Origin: an uncultured Cellvibrionales bacterium
GTDB lineage: Bacteria > Pseudomonadota > Gammaproteobacteria > Pseudomonadales > UBA7239
NCBI GenBank assembly: GCA_937864065.1
Contig: CALMIC010000276.1
Location: 1 to 41,226 of the forward strand
Direction of reading: 5' to 3'
DNA: 41,226 bases
Shown: positions 1-9,662 of the stretch, piece by piece
How positions within the stretch are numbered: position 1 is the stretch's first letter
How the letters are laid out: each line of letters starts with the position of its first letter
Position numbers and translations under genes: made by a program
Notes under the pieces: generated by a model
What the model saw: only the letters and a program-made list of their open reading frames with translations
Databases searched by the model: none
What the model was told of the DNA's origin: nothing

Positions 1-196
1 AACGGTAGAACTCTCTTTCCAGCTGGCCGCGCTGTACAGCAGGCATATCCCTGAAAACACGTTCAAGATTCTGCCTGACCGTCTTGCGGCGATAGCGCAC
101 GACACGAAACAGCAGGAATGCCAGCAGCCCTGACAATGCATACAGCACACGCTCAGGCAATCGCGCCAACAGGCCGAGCAATGGTAAAACCCACAT
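1..196 (-). CDS. Lipid A biosynthesis acyltransferase family (LpxL/HtrB-like), N-terminal 65 aa; runs off the window
   Basis: Not in the ORF track. Manual translation from ATG at 196 gives MWVLPLLGLLARLPERVLYALSGLLAFLLFRVVRYRRKTVRQNLERVFRDMPAVQRGQLEREFYR: a hydrophobic anchor plus the RYRRxxVRxNL...F...E..FYR pattern of this family. Starts 2 nt after the stop of the upstream gene. Confidence 0.75.
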   Translation of the reverse strand, partial: MWVLPLLGLLARLPERVLYALSGLLAFLLFRVVRYRRKTVRQNLERVFRDMPAVQRGQLEREFYR

Positions 197-198
197 GG

Positions 199-1083
199 TC
201 AATCCACGATTTCCCTGAAGCCGCGCTTGATGCCGCGCCCCAGATCCTGGAATCCTTCCTTGACCTGCTTGGCAGCCTTTTTCACCCGGTTTTCCTCTTT
301 CTGTACTGCTGCATTGTCACCATCATCACCAGATGCCGGGTCGCCACCTCTTGCCGCACGGGCATCGGCCTCGCGCCTCAGCTCTATAACGCCCTGCAAA
401 ATCGCCTGCCGTTGTATCTCGTCAACCAGTTTTCGACTGGCCTGATCGAGGATTTCCGCCGCTGTCATGCCATTTTCGTTGGCACCCATATTCGCAAACT
501 CAATCGCTGCAACAGAAAATCTCCTGGATTTTTGCGGATCTTCCAGGCTTTGGGCATTGATGGTGATGTCCTGCAGCAGCATGCGCCTGACGACAAACAA
601 TTGCCTTGTCATCTTGTCGCCCTCGCGCACATTGAGGCGGTCGCGCAATGACTCGCTAGCGGCAACAGACAATTGCTGGCGCAACAGGCGCAAGTTGCCT
701 CCGGCCGTATCAACGTCATATGACAGTTCAATATTGGCTGCCACAACTGCATCAAGCGCAAGCACTTCCGGCATCATCGTCGTGCCTGCCGGCTCGGGCA
801 TGAATGTAACGGGCAACTGGAGGTCCAGCCGACCGACCCGGGCAACAGGAAAGCCTGTGGCGGCATAATCACCAACCGGAAATAGATCAATACCGGAAAA
901 ACTGGCGTGCCTGTTTTCCCAGGCAATAGCCGAATCCCGCACAGTCATGGCAGAACCCACCATGGCAGCACCATGCACACGCAGCATGTCCGCGAGGAAA
1001 ACGGGCAGCCCACGCGTCACGCCAAACCATAGTATGCCCAGGGCAATCAGTGCCGCCAGCAGCAAACGGAACAAGAACTTCAT
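199..1083 (-). CDS. Hypothetical membrane-anchored protein, probably a short AsmA-like/DUF748-like protein
   Basis: 294 aa ORF with an N-terminal TM anchor, a beta-rich body (..IELSYD....GGNL..L) and a charged C-terminal helix; lies in an operon context. Family assignment is by pattern only. Confidence 0.55.
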   Translation of the reverse strand: MKFLFRLLLAALIALGILWFGVTRGLPVFLADMLRVHGAAMVGSAMTVRDSAIAWENRHASFSGIDLFPVGDYAATGFPVARVGRLDLQLPVTFMPEPAGTTMMPEVLALDAVVAANIELSYDVDTAGGNLRLLRQQLSVAASESLRDRLNVREGDKMTRQLFVVRRMLLQDITINAQSLEDPQKSRRFSVAAIEFANMGANENGMTAAEILDQASRKLVDEIQRQAILQGVIELRREADARAARGGDPASGDDGDNAAVQKEENRVKKAAKQVKEGFQDLGRGIKRGFREIVD

Positions 1084-1108
1084 AAAATGGCAGCCAGCCT
1101 GTTTGCTG

Positions 1109-1558
1109 TCAGCATTTTTTCACGCGGAATATCTGGTCGTGCTCAAGGGCAACGACCTTGACGCGGGAACCTGCAGGCATGTCCTCGTGAGCGGCAACTT
1201 CCCAGAAACTGTCATCGACGCGGATCTTGCCACGGCCATTTTCGATAGGATCACTGAGCGTGAATATCCGCCCGATGTACTGTGCACTGCGTTTGTTCAG
1301 CAAGGGCTCATCAACAACAGGCGGTCTCGCCTGATGATATTTCCACCAGAGGATGGCAGAAGCCACACTGGTGACCGAGAAAATCACCAGTTGCCACTGC
1401 CAGGCCAGTTCCGGCACCAGCAGTAACACCATCCCGGTAATACCGGCAGCAATACCGATCCATAACAGGTAGCCTCCTGTACCCGCCATTTCGGCCATCA
1501 GCAACACCAGTCCCAGTGCGAACCAGTGCCAGCTGGATATTTCAGCGAACCAGGACAT
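1109..1558 (-). CDS. nfeD: NfeD family membrane protein (YbbJ-like)
   Basis: Start moved to ATG 1558 (MSWFAEISSWHW). TM helices, then LNKRSAQYIGR and GRGKIRVDDSFW OB-fold motifs; immediately downstream of an SPFH gene. Confidence 0.9.
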   Translation of the reverse strand: MSWFAEISSWHWFALGLVLLMAEMAGTGGYLLWIGIAAGITGMVLLLVPELAWQWQLVIFSVTSVASAILWWKYHQARPPVVDEPLLNKRSAQYIGRIFTLSDPIENGRGKIRVDDSFWEVAAHEDMPAGSRVKVVALEHDQIFRVKKC

Positions 1559-1562
1559 CGGG

Positions 1563-2495
1563 TCAACCCCTTGTTTTTTCTGCCGGCGCCCGGACGCCTT
1601 TGAAGATCTCACTGATCCCGGCAACCGAGCCGATTACCTGCGACGCCTCCAGCGGCATCAGGATGACCTTGTTATTGTTGGCCGCCGCAAGCTTGCCAAG
1701 GGCATCAATGTATTTTTGTGCCACAAAGTAATTGACGGCCTGGATATCCCCCTTGGCAATAGCCTGCGACACCATATGGGTCGCCTTGGCTTCGGCTTCC
1801 GCTTCGCGCTCCCGCGCCTCTGCCTGCAGGAAGGCGGCCTGCCGCTCACCTTCAGCCTTGAGGATCTGGGCTTGCTTGAGGCCATCGGCCTCCAGGATCT
1901 CCGCCTGTTTCTTGCCTTCAGCCTCGAGTACGAGCGCCCGCTTTTCACGCTCGGCCTTCATCTGGTTGGCCATGGCGTCCACCAGGTCACGAGGTGGCGT
2001 TATATCCTTGATTTCAATACGGGTAACCTTGATCCCCCAGGGATTGGTAGCCTGGTCGACCGTGCGCAAAAGCCGCTCATTGATTTCGTCACGCCGCGAC
2101 AACATCTCGTCCAGCTCCATCGAGCCAAGCACCGTACGGATGTTGGTCATGGTCAGGTTGCGGATCGCGAGTTCTAGGTCCGCGATCTCATAAGAAGCCT
2201 TGGCGGCATTGATCACCTGGTAAAAACAGACTGCATCGATCTTGACCATGGCATTGTCAGCACTGATGACTTCCTGGGGCGGGATGTCCAGCACCTGCTC
2301 CATCATGATCACCCGCTGGCCTATGCGATCTATAAAGGGAATGATGAAATTGAGGCCCGGACTGAGCGTCAAGGTATAGCGCCCGAAGCGTTCGACGGTC
2401 CATTCATACCCCTGGGGTACAAAACGGATACCCTGCTTGACCAGATAGAGCGCAAAGGCACCCAGCAACCATGGCACCAATTGGGAAATTGTCAT
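1563..2495 (-). CDS. qmcA: SPFH/Band 7 (stomatin-like) protein QmcA
   Basis: [37 protein letters not shown] and [10 protein letters not shown] motifs; AGGAG RBS upstream. Confidence 0.95.
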   Translation of the reverse strand: MTISQLVPWLLGAFALYLVKQGIRFVPQGYEWTVERFGRYTLTLSPGLNFIIPFIDRIGQRVIMMEQVLDIPPQEVISADNAMVKIDAVCFYQVINAAKASYEIADLELAIRNLTMTNIRTVLGSMELDEMLSRRDEINERLLRTVDQATNPWGIKVTRIEIKDITPPRDLVDAMANQMKAEREKRALVLEAEGKKQAEILEADGLKQAQILKAEGERQAAFLQAEAREREAEAEAKATHMVSQAIAKGDIQAVNYFVAQKYIDALGKLAAANNNKVILMPLEASQVIGSVAGISEIFKGVRAPAEKTRG

Positions 2496-2587
2496 CTGTA
2501 AGGCTCCTAATACAATCCAGACCGGTATTTGAGTCCGTCTGGAATACTAGCAGCTTTGGGGAGCCATGGCAGTTGCTGTCACGGGTG

Positions 2588-2616
2588 TTCCAAATTGAGC
2601 CCGCCTGGCATACAAT
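2588..2616 (+). promoter_or_regulatory. Putative sigma70 promoter of the rpsP operon
   Basis: TTCCAA-17 nt-TACAAT followed by a GC-rich discriminator (GCTCGCCC), as expected for ribosomal protein operons. Confidence 0.55.
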
Positions 2617-2695
2617 GCTCGCCCTTTCTGTCGCGCCCAGCGGGCGAGGCCAGGAGCACAGGCGTCTGGCGCCAGTTTTTTGAGAGTGAAAACAT

Positions 2696-2938
2696 ATGGT
2701 TACGATCCGTTTGTCACGCGGGGGCTCCAAGAAGCGCCCGTTCTACCACCTGGCAGTCACCGACTCGCGCAACGCGCGTGACGGCAGCTTCATCGAACAC
2801 GTGGGCTTTTTCAACCCGATCGCCCGCGGACAGGAAGAGCGCCTGCGCCTTGACCGCGAACGCATTGCATTCTGGGTCAGCCGCGGCGCCCAGCTGTCTG
2901 ACCGGGTAGCCCAGCTCGTGCGCGAAAAAGCAGCCTGA
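2696..2938 (+). CDS. rpsP: 30S ribosomal protein S16
   Basis: [17 protein letters not shown]...DSRNARDG...GFFNP; canonical operon order. Confidence 0.99.
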   Translation: MVTIRLSRGGSKKRPFYHLAVTDSRNARDGSFIEHVGFFNPIARGQEERLRLDRERIAFWVSRGAQLSDRVAQLVREKAA

Positions 2939-2958
2939 GTCCAGCTGCTGTCGCCGGC

Positions 2959-3504
2959 ATGGGTGTCCACAAAACTATTGCGGGCAAACTGGCCGGCGTT
3001 TACGGCATCAAGGGCTGGGTGAAAGTTCACTCGTATACAGAGCCTGCCGAAAACATTTTCCGTTACCAGCCATGGTATCTGGCTGATCGGGACGGCAATC
3101 TGACAGGGAATATCCTGGAAGTTGACGAATTTCGTGCCCATGGCAAAGGCCTGGTGGCGCATATAAAGGGTATTGACGATCGCGACGAAGCCGGCCTGTT
3201 GTGCCAGCGCCTGGTAGCGGTCGAGATGGATGCCCTGCCCCCGCTGCCCGAGGGAGAATACTACTGGCAGCAATTGGTGGGTATGGCTGTCTGGAGCCAG
3301 TTCGACCAGCACCGTGATAAGCCGGTCTTGTTGGGGCAAATCAGGGAGCTGATGGAAACCGGAGCCAACGATGTACTGTTGGTCGCCCCTTGTGAAGGCA
3401 GTATTGACCAGCGCGAAAGGCTGCTCCCTTATGTGGATGCCTGCGTACTGGGAGTGGATCTGGCTGCTGGCACGATGCTGGTGGACTGGGATCCGGAATT
3501 CTAG
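2959..3504 (+). CDS. rimM: Ribosome maturation factor RimM
   Basis: [35 protein letters not shown] and VDWDPEF motifs. Confidence 0.98.
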   Translation: MGVHKTIAGKLAGVYGIKGWVKVHSYTEPAENIFRYQPWYLADRDGNLTGNILEVDEFRAHGKGLVAHIKGIDDRDEAGLLCQRLVAVEMDALPPLPEGEYYWQQLVGMAVWSQFDQHRDKPVLLGQIRELMETGANDVLLVAPCEGSIDQRERLLPYVDACVLGVDLAAGTMLVDWDPEF

Positions 3505-3512
3505 GCGAGGGC

Positions 3513-4253
3513 ATGCTGGTGAAACTGGGTGTAGTGACACTGTTTCCCGAGATGTTCAGCGCCGTGAAGGATTATGGTATCAGCAGCCGCGCTTTCGGGA
3601 GCGGGCTGGTGACACTGGAATGCTGGAACCCGCGGACATTCACGCAGGACCGGCATCAAACCGTGGACAGCCGCCCTTATGGCGGCGGCCCCGGAATGGT
3701 GATGATGGTAGAGCCATTGCGAGCTGCGCTGCAGGCTGCGCGCACATCCCTGCCTAAAGCCAGGGTGCTCTACCTCTCGCCGCAAGGCAAGCCATTCAAC
3801 CAGGCTGCCGCCTGTGAGATGGCGCAGCAGGAAGAACTGGTTCTGCTTTGCGGCCGCTATGAAGGCATCGACGAACGGCTGCTGCAGCTGGAAGTCGATG
3901 AGGAGTGGTCGATTGGCGACTACGTGCTGTCCGGCGGTGAATTGCCGGCCATGGTGCTGATCGATGCAGTGGTTCGGCTGCTGCCCGGCGCACTCGGGCA
4001 CGACCAGTCGGCCGCCCAGGACTCGTTCAGTAACGGGCTGCTCGACTGTCCCCACTATGCGAGGCCGGAGATTTATGAAGGCATGGCTGTCCCACCGGTT
4101 CTACTCAGTGGGCACCATGAGGCAATACGCCGCTGGCGCCTGCAGCAAGCACTGCTGCGCACCCGCCAGCGACGACCCGATTTACTGGCGGGTAGGGAAC
4201 TGGGCAAGGAAGAGGCCCGGTTACTGCAGCTGGCAGATCAACAGAAAAACTAG
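3513..4253 (+). CDS. trmD: tRNA (guanine37-N1)-methyltransferase TrmD
   Basis: [26 protein letters not shown] and [11 protein letters not shown] motifs. Confidence 0.99.
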   Translation: MLVKLGVVTLFPEMFSAVKDYGISSRAFGSGLVTLECWNPRTFTQDRHQTVDSRPYGGGPGMVMMVEPLRAALQAARTSLPKARVLYLSPQGKPFNQAAACEMAQQEELVLLCGRYEGIDERLLQLEVDEEWSIGDYVLSGGELPAMVLIDAVVRLLPGALGHDQSAAQDSFSNGLLDCPHYARPEIYEGMAVPPVLLSGHHEAIRRWRLQQALLRTRQRRPDLLAGRELGKEEARLLQLADQQKN

Positions 4254-4332
4254 CCCGCATCGCTTGCAGGCTGCCAGAAGAAGATTGACAATTTGCGCCC
4301 GCGTGAGCGGCCATATCCCCAGGAGCACTGAC

Positions 4333-4686
4333 ATGAGCAACAGCAAGATTATCGCCGCCATTGAGGCAGAACAGATGACCCGGGCTTTGCCCACGTTTGC
4401 CCAGGGCGACACAGTGGTCGTTAACGTCAAGGTCAAGGAAGGCAACCGCGAGCGCGTCCAGGCCTTTGAAGGCGTCGTCATCGCCAAGCGCAACCGCGGG
4501 CTGCACTCGGCCTTCACAGTGCGCAAGATTTCCCATGGCGTCGGCGTGGAGCGTACCTTCCAGAGCCACAGCCCACTGATTGCCAGCGTGGATGTGAAGC
4601 GCCGCGGTGATGTCCGCCAGGCCAAGCTCTACTACCTGCGCAACCTCAGCGGCAAGGCTGCCCGTATCAAGGAAAAGCTGAACTAA
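4333..4686 (+). CDS. rplS: 50S ribosomal protein L19
   Basis: True start is ATG 4333 after AGGAG (4321-4325). [21 protein letters not shown] and [14 protein letters not shown] motifs. Confidence 0.99.
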   Translation: MSNSKIIAAIEAEQMTRALPTFAQGDTVVVNVKVKEGNRERVQAFEGVVIAKRNRGLHSAFTVRKISHGVGVERTFQSHSPLIASVDVKRRGDVRQAKLYYLRNLSGKAARIKEKLN

Positions 4687-4692
4687 GGCCAC

Positions 4693-4720
4693 AAGGCGAC
4701 TCCGGTCGCCTTTTTTGTTT
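4693..4720 (+). terminator. Rho-independent terminator after rplS
   Basis: AAGGCGAC-TCCG-GTCGCCTT perfect stem running into a T-tract (TTTTTTGTTT at 4711-4720). Confidence 0.9.
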
Positions 4721-4729
4721 CCGGGCACC

Positions 4730-5632
4730 ATGCCAGCCAACGCCAGGGAATTTCCCCTTGTCCAGGCCTACCTTGAGAATGCCTGGCTGGAAAAGGGCCT
4801 GGGCAAACTGACCCTGGCGTCTTACGGCAGTGACCTGTCGCTGTTTGCCCGTTGGCTGGCACAAGATGGCCTATCGCTCGAGCAGGCCACCCGTATAGAA
4901 ATCCAGTCCTACCTGGCCCATTTGCTGGCCAGCGGCGGCAAGGCCAGCTCTACCGCACGCTTCCTGTCCTGCGCACGCGGCTTCTACCGCTTCCTCTTGC
5001 ACGAGAAGCTGGTCAGCCAAGATCCCACTCTCGATATTGATCGACCTCGCCTGGGCAGGCCGCTGCCGAAATTCCTCACCGAAAGCGAAGTGGAAAGACT
5101 GCTGGCGGCACCAGACCCGGAAAATCCCGTAGGCCTGCGTGATCGCGCGATGCTCGAACTCCTGTATGCCTGTGGCCTGCGTATTTCCGAACTCACCAGC
5201 CTGACTATCGGCACCCTGAACCTGCGCCAGGGCGTGGTTCGCGTGATGGGCAAGGGCAGCAAGGAACGCCTGATCCCGATGGGCGAAGAAGCCCTGGCAT
5301 GGCTGACCCGATACAACGCGGAGGCTCGCCCGGTTCTACTGGATTACCAGCCCGCTGAAATCCTCTTTCCCAGCACCCGCGGGCAGATGATGACACGCCA
5401 GACCTTCTGGCACCGGGTCAAGCTGTACGCAAAGCAGGCGGACATCCGCACACCGATCTCGCCCCACACCCTGCGCCATGCCTTTGCCACCCACCTGCTG
5501 AATCGCGGCGCGGATCTGCGTGTGGTGCAGTTACTGCTGGGGCACAGTGACTTGTCCACCACCCAGATTTATACTCATATTGCTAGGGCACGCATGCAGG
5601 CGCTGCATGCACAACACCATCCGCGCGGATAA
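4730..5632 (+). CDS. xerD: Site-specific tyrosine recombinase XerD
   Basis: WLEKGL N-terminus, RDRAMLELLYACGLRISEL, SPHTLRHAFATHLLNRGADLR and LLGHSDLSTTQIYTH motifs, ending HHPRG; conserved rplS-xerD-dsbC context. Confidence 0.97.
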   Translation: MPANAREFPLVQAYLENAWLEKGLGKLTLASYGSDLSLFARWLAQDGLSLEQATRIEIQSYLAHLLASGGKASSTARFLSCARGFYRFLLHEKLVSQDPTLDIDRPRLGRPLPKFLTESEVERLLAAPDPENPVGLRDRAMLELLYACGLRISELTSLTIGTLNLRQGVVRVMGKGSKERLIPMGEEALAWLTRYNAEARPVLLDYQPAEILFPSTRGQMMTRQTFWHRVKLYAKQADIRTPISPHTLRHAFATHLLNRGADLRVVQLLLGHSDLSTTQIYTHIARARMQALHAQHHPRG

Positions 5633-5709
5633 TTTCCGGGAACTTGTGCTGCCTCTCGCAGCCAAACACACCAGCGATACTCGCAGAACAAACATCAAAA
5701 GGTGAATCC

Positions 5710-6474
5710 ATGAAAAAATTGATTGCTGCACTGCTCTCCGCCAGCGCCCTGCTTGCCTCGATCTATGCACAAGCTGCGCCAGTAGATCCACAGCAGGCGG
5801 CCACCCTGCGTACGGCCCTGCAAAAAGCCAGACCCGGCCTCAGTGTCGGCGAGATCCGCGCCAGCAATGTCGCAGGATTGTTTGAGGTAGAGCTGGGCGG
5901 CAAGGACACTGTCTATATGTCAGCCGATGGCCAATACCTGATCAGCGGCACCATGTATCGTGTGGAGCAGAACCGTTTTGTGAATATTGCCGACGAACGC
6001 CTGCAACCACTGCGCGCGCAGAAGCTGGCCGCAGTCAAGAAAGAGGAGATGATCATTTTCTCACCCGCAGGCAAGGCAAAATCCTATGTCACTGTGTTTA
6101 CCGATGTTGATTGTGGCTTCTGCCGCAAGCTGCACAAGGAAATCCCGGAGCTCAACGCGATGGGCATTGAAGTGCGCTACCTCGCTTTCCCGCGCGCCGG
6201 CGTGCCTTCGCCCTCGGCCGATAAACTCTCCACCGCCTGGTGTGCCGATGACCCACGCGATGTGCTGACCAAACTGAAAAACAATGTCGCCGTCCCGACC
6301 AAAACCTGTGCGAACAGCCCGGTGGCTGCGCAGTACAAGCTTGGCAACGAGCTGGGCGTGAACGGCACACCGGCACTGTTCAAGCCGAACGGCGAATTGC
6401 TGCCAGGCTATATGCCTGCACGGGAACTGGCCGCTGCGCTGGGTGTTGCTCCTGAATCCGCTCCAGGCCAATAA
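5710..6474 (+). CDS. dsbC: Thiol:disulfide interchange protein DsbC
   Basis: Signal peptide from ATG 5710; FTDVDCGFCRKLH active site, YLAFPRAG, GVNGTPA. Confidence 0.95.
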   Translation: MKKLIAALLSASALLASIYAQAAPVDPQQAATLRTALQKARPGLSVGEIRASNVAGLFEVELGGKDTVYMSADGQYLISGTMYRVEQNRFVNIADERLQPLRAQKLAAVKKEEMIIFSPAGKAKSYVTVFTDVDCGFCRKLHKEIPELNAMGIEVRYLAFPRAGVPSPSADKLSTAWCADDPRDVLTKLKNNVAVPTKTCANSPVAAQYKLGNELGVNGTPALFKPNGELLPGYMPARELAAALGVAPESAPGQ

Positions 6475-6494
6475 ACAGGCAACTGGCAAGCAGC

Positions 6495-8006
6495 ATGAAA
6501 GCGCTGAAGTGGCTTGGCTTGGCACTCGCCGGCTTTTTGGCGCTACTCCTGCTCGTTTTAGCCATCGCGATTGCTCTCGTCAATCCTGATGACTACAAAC
6601 CCCGACTCGAAGAGACCGCTCGCCAGAATGGCGTCACCCTGAAAATCGGCGGATCGCTGCAATGGTCACTGTTGCCGCTCGGCTTTTCCACCTCAGACCT
6701 GTTGCTGCAGATGCCACAAGAGCCTGGCAAAGAGCTGCAACAGATCCGTATAGGCAAGATAGCTTTGTCACTGGGCATGCTGTCATTGTTGCGCGGCAAT
6801 CTGGATATCCAGGCCTTTGATATTGATGACCTGCGCTTTTTCACAGCAGAAACGCAGACTTTGCAATTCCGCGAAGCACGCCTGAAAGTCGATGATGCCA
6901 ACAACCGCGGTGAGCTGTTCCCGGTTGACCTGCGCATTGATGACACACGCGTCACAGGTTCACTCGCCATCAGCATGGTGAATCAGGCCCTGCAACTACA
7001 AGTTGACCTGCATGGCGACCAGATTGACCTTGATCGTTATGCTCCCGCCGAAACGGCCGACGCCAACAGTCCGCCTGACAGCAAACAGCCCGACGCGCCG
7101 GGAAAGAAAAAGGATAAAAAACAAAAAAAAGAAGAGCCGATAGCGTTTGCGAGCCTGTTGCAGGCCCAAGGCAGTTACCGGATCCGCTTCGACCGGATGG
7201 TCAGCAACCAGCTGCAACTGGCCAATGTCGTATTTGATGCCCGCGTTGAACCGGAACAGATCATCCTCAATGCATTTGATGCAGACTTGTACGAAGGCAA
7301 GATCAGCCACCGCGGCACCATTGCCATTCCACCGGGCAAGCAGCCTGTGCTCCAGCTTGAGATGCGCATCGAGAAAGTCCAGCTGTCACCAATGTTGGCC
7401 GACCTGACGCAAGAAACACCTAGCATAACCGCCGGCATCATCGATTTGCAGGCGAACGTACGAGGCAACGGCGCCACCGAACGCAAGATCATGCGCTCGC
7501 TGTCTGGCGTGGCGACACTCGATGTCAACAACCTGGTGATTCGCGACCTGAATATCGAGAAATCTGCCTGTGATGCGGCAGCGGCTGCACAAAAGAAGGA
7601 ATTGGCAGTCAGGCAGTGGCCACGCGATACCTTGCTGCACAACCTGCACGCACAAGGCGACATCATCAATGGCATAGTTTTTATCAAGCCCGTCACGGCG
7701 CGACTGGATACACTGGGCCTCAGCGGCAGCGGGCCAGTGAACCTGCTCAATGAAACACTGGACCTGAAGTTGGATCTTACCGTTCGCGAAGGCGCGCAGT
7801 CAGCCAACGACTGCGATGCCATCAGCCCCGCCGTGCGCGATGTCGCTTGGCCTTTGCGCTGCGAGGGCAGTTATCGCGGCGCGCTGGACGACTTGTGCGG
7901 CATTGACAAGTCGCGACTCGGCAAACTGATTGCACAGCTCGCCACCAAGAATATCAAGGAAGGTGGCGGCTCGCTGAAAGACACCCTGCGCGACCTGTTC
8001 AACTGA
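6495..8006 (+). CDS. asmA: AsmA family protein
   Basis: N-terminal TM plus [25 protein letters not shown] and FDADLYEG patterns; asmA-mutY-yggX synteny. Confidence 0.85.
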   Translation: MKALKWLGLALAGFLALLLLVLAIAIALVNPDDYKPRLEETARQNGVTLKIGGSLQWSLLPLGFSTSDLLLQMPQEPGKELQQIRIGKIALSLGMLSLLRGNLDIQAFDIDDLRFFTAETQTLQFREARLKVDDANNRGELFPVDLRIDDTRVTGSLAISMVNQALQLQVDLHGDQIDLDRYAPAETADANSPPDSKQPDAPGKKKDKKQKKEEPIAFASLLQAQGSYRIRFDRMVSNQLQLANVVFDARVEPEQIILNAFDADLYEGKISHRGTIAIPPGKQPVLQLEMRIEKVQLSPMLADLTQETPSITAGIIDLQANVRGNGATERKIMRSLSGVATLDVNNLVIRDLNIEKSACDAAAAAQKKELAVRQWPRDTLLHNLHAQGDIINGIVFIKPVTARLDTLGLSGSGPVNLLNETLDLKLDLTVREGAQSANDCDAISPAVRDVAWPLRCEGSYRGALDDLCGIDKSRLGKLIAQLATKNIKEGGGSLKDTLRDLFN

Positions 8007-8010
8007 ACTG

Positions 8011-9066
8011 ATGGCCGCCCGCTTTTCCTTTTCCGCCGCCGTGCTGGCATGGTTTGATCGCGCCGGGCGCAAGCACCTGCCCTGGCAGCAGGACATCACG
8101 CCGTATCGCGTCTGGGTGTCGGAAATCATGCTGCAGCAGACGCAGGTCAGCACCGTGATTCCCTACTTCCAGCGTTTCATGGAACGCTTTCCCGATGTGC
8201 AGGCGCTCGCCGCTGCACCGGTGAATGATGTACTGGCGCTCTGGACCGGCCTTGGCTATTACTCGCGCGCCCGCAACCTGCATCGCACGGCCATCATCAT
8301 CTGCGAGCAATATGACGGCATTTTCCCAGCCGCAGTCGATACCCTTGCTTCCCTGCCAGGTATCGGCCGGTCTACTGCTGCGGCGATTGTTTCTATTGCC
8401 CACGGCACGCCGGCCGCGATCCTCGACGGCAACGTCAAGCGCGTGCTGGCGCGTTTCCACGCCGTGCCCGGCTGGCCCGGGGACAGCCCTGTCGCGAAGG
8501 CGTTATGGCAATACGCTGAACAGCACACACCCTCCCGGCGCGCTGCCGAATACACGCAAGCAATGATGGACCTGGGTGCGATAGTCTGCACTCGCAGCAA
8601 GCCCCGCTGCGACGCCTGTCCTCTGCAAGCGCACTGCCTTGCCCGGCAGCAAGACAGCATCGCGCAGTATCCTGGCAAGAAAACGCGCAAGGCGCTGCCG
8701 GTGCGCGCCGTGCAGATGCTGATGATCCGCAACCCGGCGGGTGAGCTGCTGTTGCAACAACGGCCGCCTGCCGGCTTGTGGGGCGGACTATGGTGCCTGC
8801 CGGAGATCCCGGCCGATGCCGACGCTGCCGCCGGCTGCCAGGCACTGTGCGGCCAACGGCCGCAACGGATTACCGTCTGGCCGGGCTGGCGCCACAGCTT
8901 CAGCCACTACCACCTCGAAATCACCCCGGTCTTGCTGCAACTGGCGCGCGCACCGCGCCGCATCGCCGAAGAAGGTTCACGCTGGGTGGCACCGGGCAGT
9001 GCCAGTGCACTGGGATTGCCAGCTCCGCTGGTACGCCTACTGGCGGAGCTGTCTGCAGGCGACTGA
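8011..9066 (+). CDS. mutY: A/G-specific adenine glycosylase MutY
   Basis: [25 protein letters not shown], HhH motif LPGIGRSTA, and the Fe-S motif [17 protein letters not shown]. Confidence 0.98.
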   Translation: MAARFSFSAAVLAWFDRAGRKHLPWQQDITPYRVWVSEIMLQQTQVSTVIPYFQRFMERFPDVQALAAAPVNDVLALWTGLGYYSRARNLHRTAIIICEQYDGIFPAAVDTLASLPGIGRSTAAAIVSIAHGTPAAILDGNVKRVLARFHAVPGWPGDSPVAKALWQYAEQHTPSRRAAEYTQAMMDLGAIVCTRSKPRCDACPLQAHCLARQQDSIAQYPGKKTRKALPVRAVQMLMIRNPAGELLLQQRPPAGLWGGLWCLPEIPADADAAAGCQALCGQRPQRITVWPGWRHSFSHYHLEITPVLLQLARAPRRIAEEGSRWVAPGSASALGLPAPLVRLLAELSAGD

Positions 9067-9121
9067 AGCTGCAACGTCACGTGCTAGAATCGCCCGCCAG
9101 CGAACCACACCGGATCTCCCC

Positions 9122-9394
9122 ATGTCACGCACCGTTTTCTGCCGCAAGTACCAGCGCGAAATGGAAGGCCTGGACAAGCCGCCTTTCCCGGGCCCGAAAG
9201 GCCAGGAACTGTTCGAGCACATCTCCAGGCAAGCCTGGCAGGAATGGATCGCCCACCAGACGATGCTGATCAATGAGAAGAAGCTCAACATGATGGACAT
9301 GACGGCCCGCACCTACCTGACCGAGCAGCGCGACCGTTTCCTCAGCGGCCAGAGCGTTGACCAGGCCGAGGGCTATGTGCCGCCGTCTCCCTGA
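9122..9394 (+). CDS. yggX: Fe(II)-trafficking / oxidative damage protection protein YggX
   Basis: [10 protein letters not shown]...PGPKG...[12 protein letters not shown]...EGYVPP; extended -10 TGcTAGAAT at 9082-9090. Confidence 0.96.
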   Translation: MSRTVFCRKYQREMEGLDKPPFPGPKGQELFEHISRQAWQEWIAHQTMLINEKKLNMMDMTARTYLTEQRDRFLSGQSVDQAEGYVPPSP

Positions 9395-9406
9395 GCAGGA
9401 TCCGGC

Positions 9407-9435
9407 TTGACTCCCCACCACCCAGCGGGTTTAAT
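9407..9435 (+). promoter_or_regulatory. sigma70 promoter of tRNA-Phe
   Basis: TTGACT-17 nt-TTTAAT followed by a GC-rich discriminator. Confidence 0.7.
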
Positions 9436-9453
9436 ACGCCTCCTTCCGAATAC

Positions 9454-9529
9454 GGCCAGATAGCTCAGTCGGTAGAGCAAGGGACTGAAAATCCCTGTGT
9501 CGACAGTTCGATTCTGTCTCTGGCCACCA
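9454..9529 (+). tRNA. tRNA-Phe (GAA)
   Basis: 76 nt cloverleaf: acceptor GGCCAGA/TCTGGCC, D arm GCTC..GAGC, anticodon arm AGGGA-CTGAAAA-TCCCT, T arm GACAG-TTCGATT-CTGTC, encoded CCA. Confidence 0.98.
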
Positions 9530-9602
9530 TTTTCCCGGCATTGTTTGCCAATATTGTTCGACGGGCGCTGTCGTTATACGATTAGGCCCTGATTAGGTTG
9601 AT

Positions 9603-9632
9603 CAGGCAGCGCGAGCTGCCTGTTTTCGTTTT
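9603..9632 (+). terminator. Rho-independent terminator between tRNA-Phe and argD
   Basis: CAGGCAGC-GCGA-GCTGCCTG 8-bp stem with a GNRA loop, followed by TTTTCGTTTT. Confidence 0.8.
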
Positions 9633-9662
9633 GGATCCCGCACTTTGCGGGACAGGTGACAG

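Noticed and set aside
1091-1099. CAGCCAGCC in the gap between nfeD and the hypothetical gene, similar to the receptor-leader box
   Set aside because: It is on the strand opposite the mRNA and lacks the second box and hairpin; likely chance in GC-rich DNA.
3964-4332. N-terminal extension of L19 in the ORF track (240 aa)
   Set aside because: It overlaps trmD out of frame; the SD and homology place the start at 4333. Similar over-extended starts were trimmed for nfeD, xerD, dsbC, yggX, iorA, mltF, hemP and exbB.
4730-5632. Tyrosine recombinase as a possible phage or island integrase
   Set aside because: Sequence and rplS-xerD-dsbC context identify housekeeping XerD.
7100-7135. A-rich run in asmA as a possible phase-variable or frameshift tract
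   Set aside because: It encodes an in-frame Lys-rich linker ([11 protein letters not shown]) and the ORF is intact on both sides.
9454-9560. tRNA-Phe as an integration site for the downstream accessory genes
   Set aside because: No integrase follows, argD-argF come next, and I saw no duplicate of the tRNA 3' end in the window (by-eye search only).
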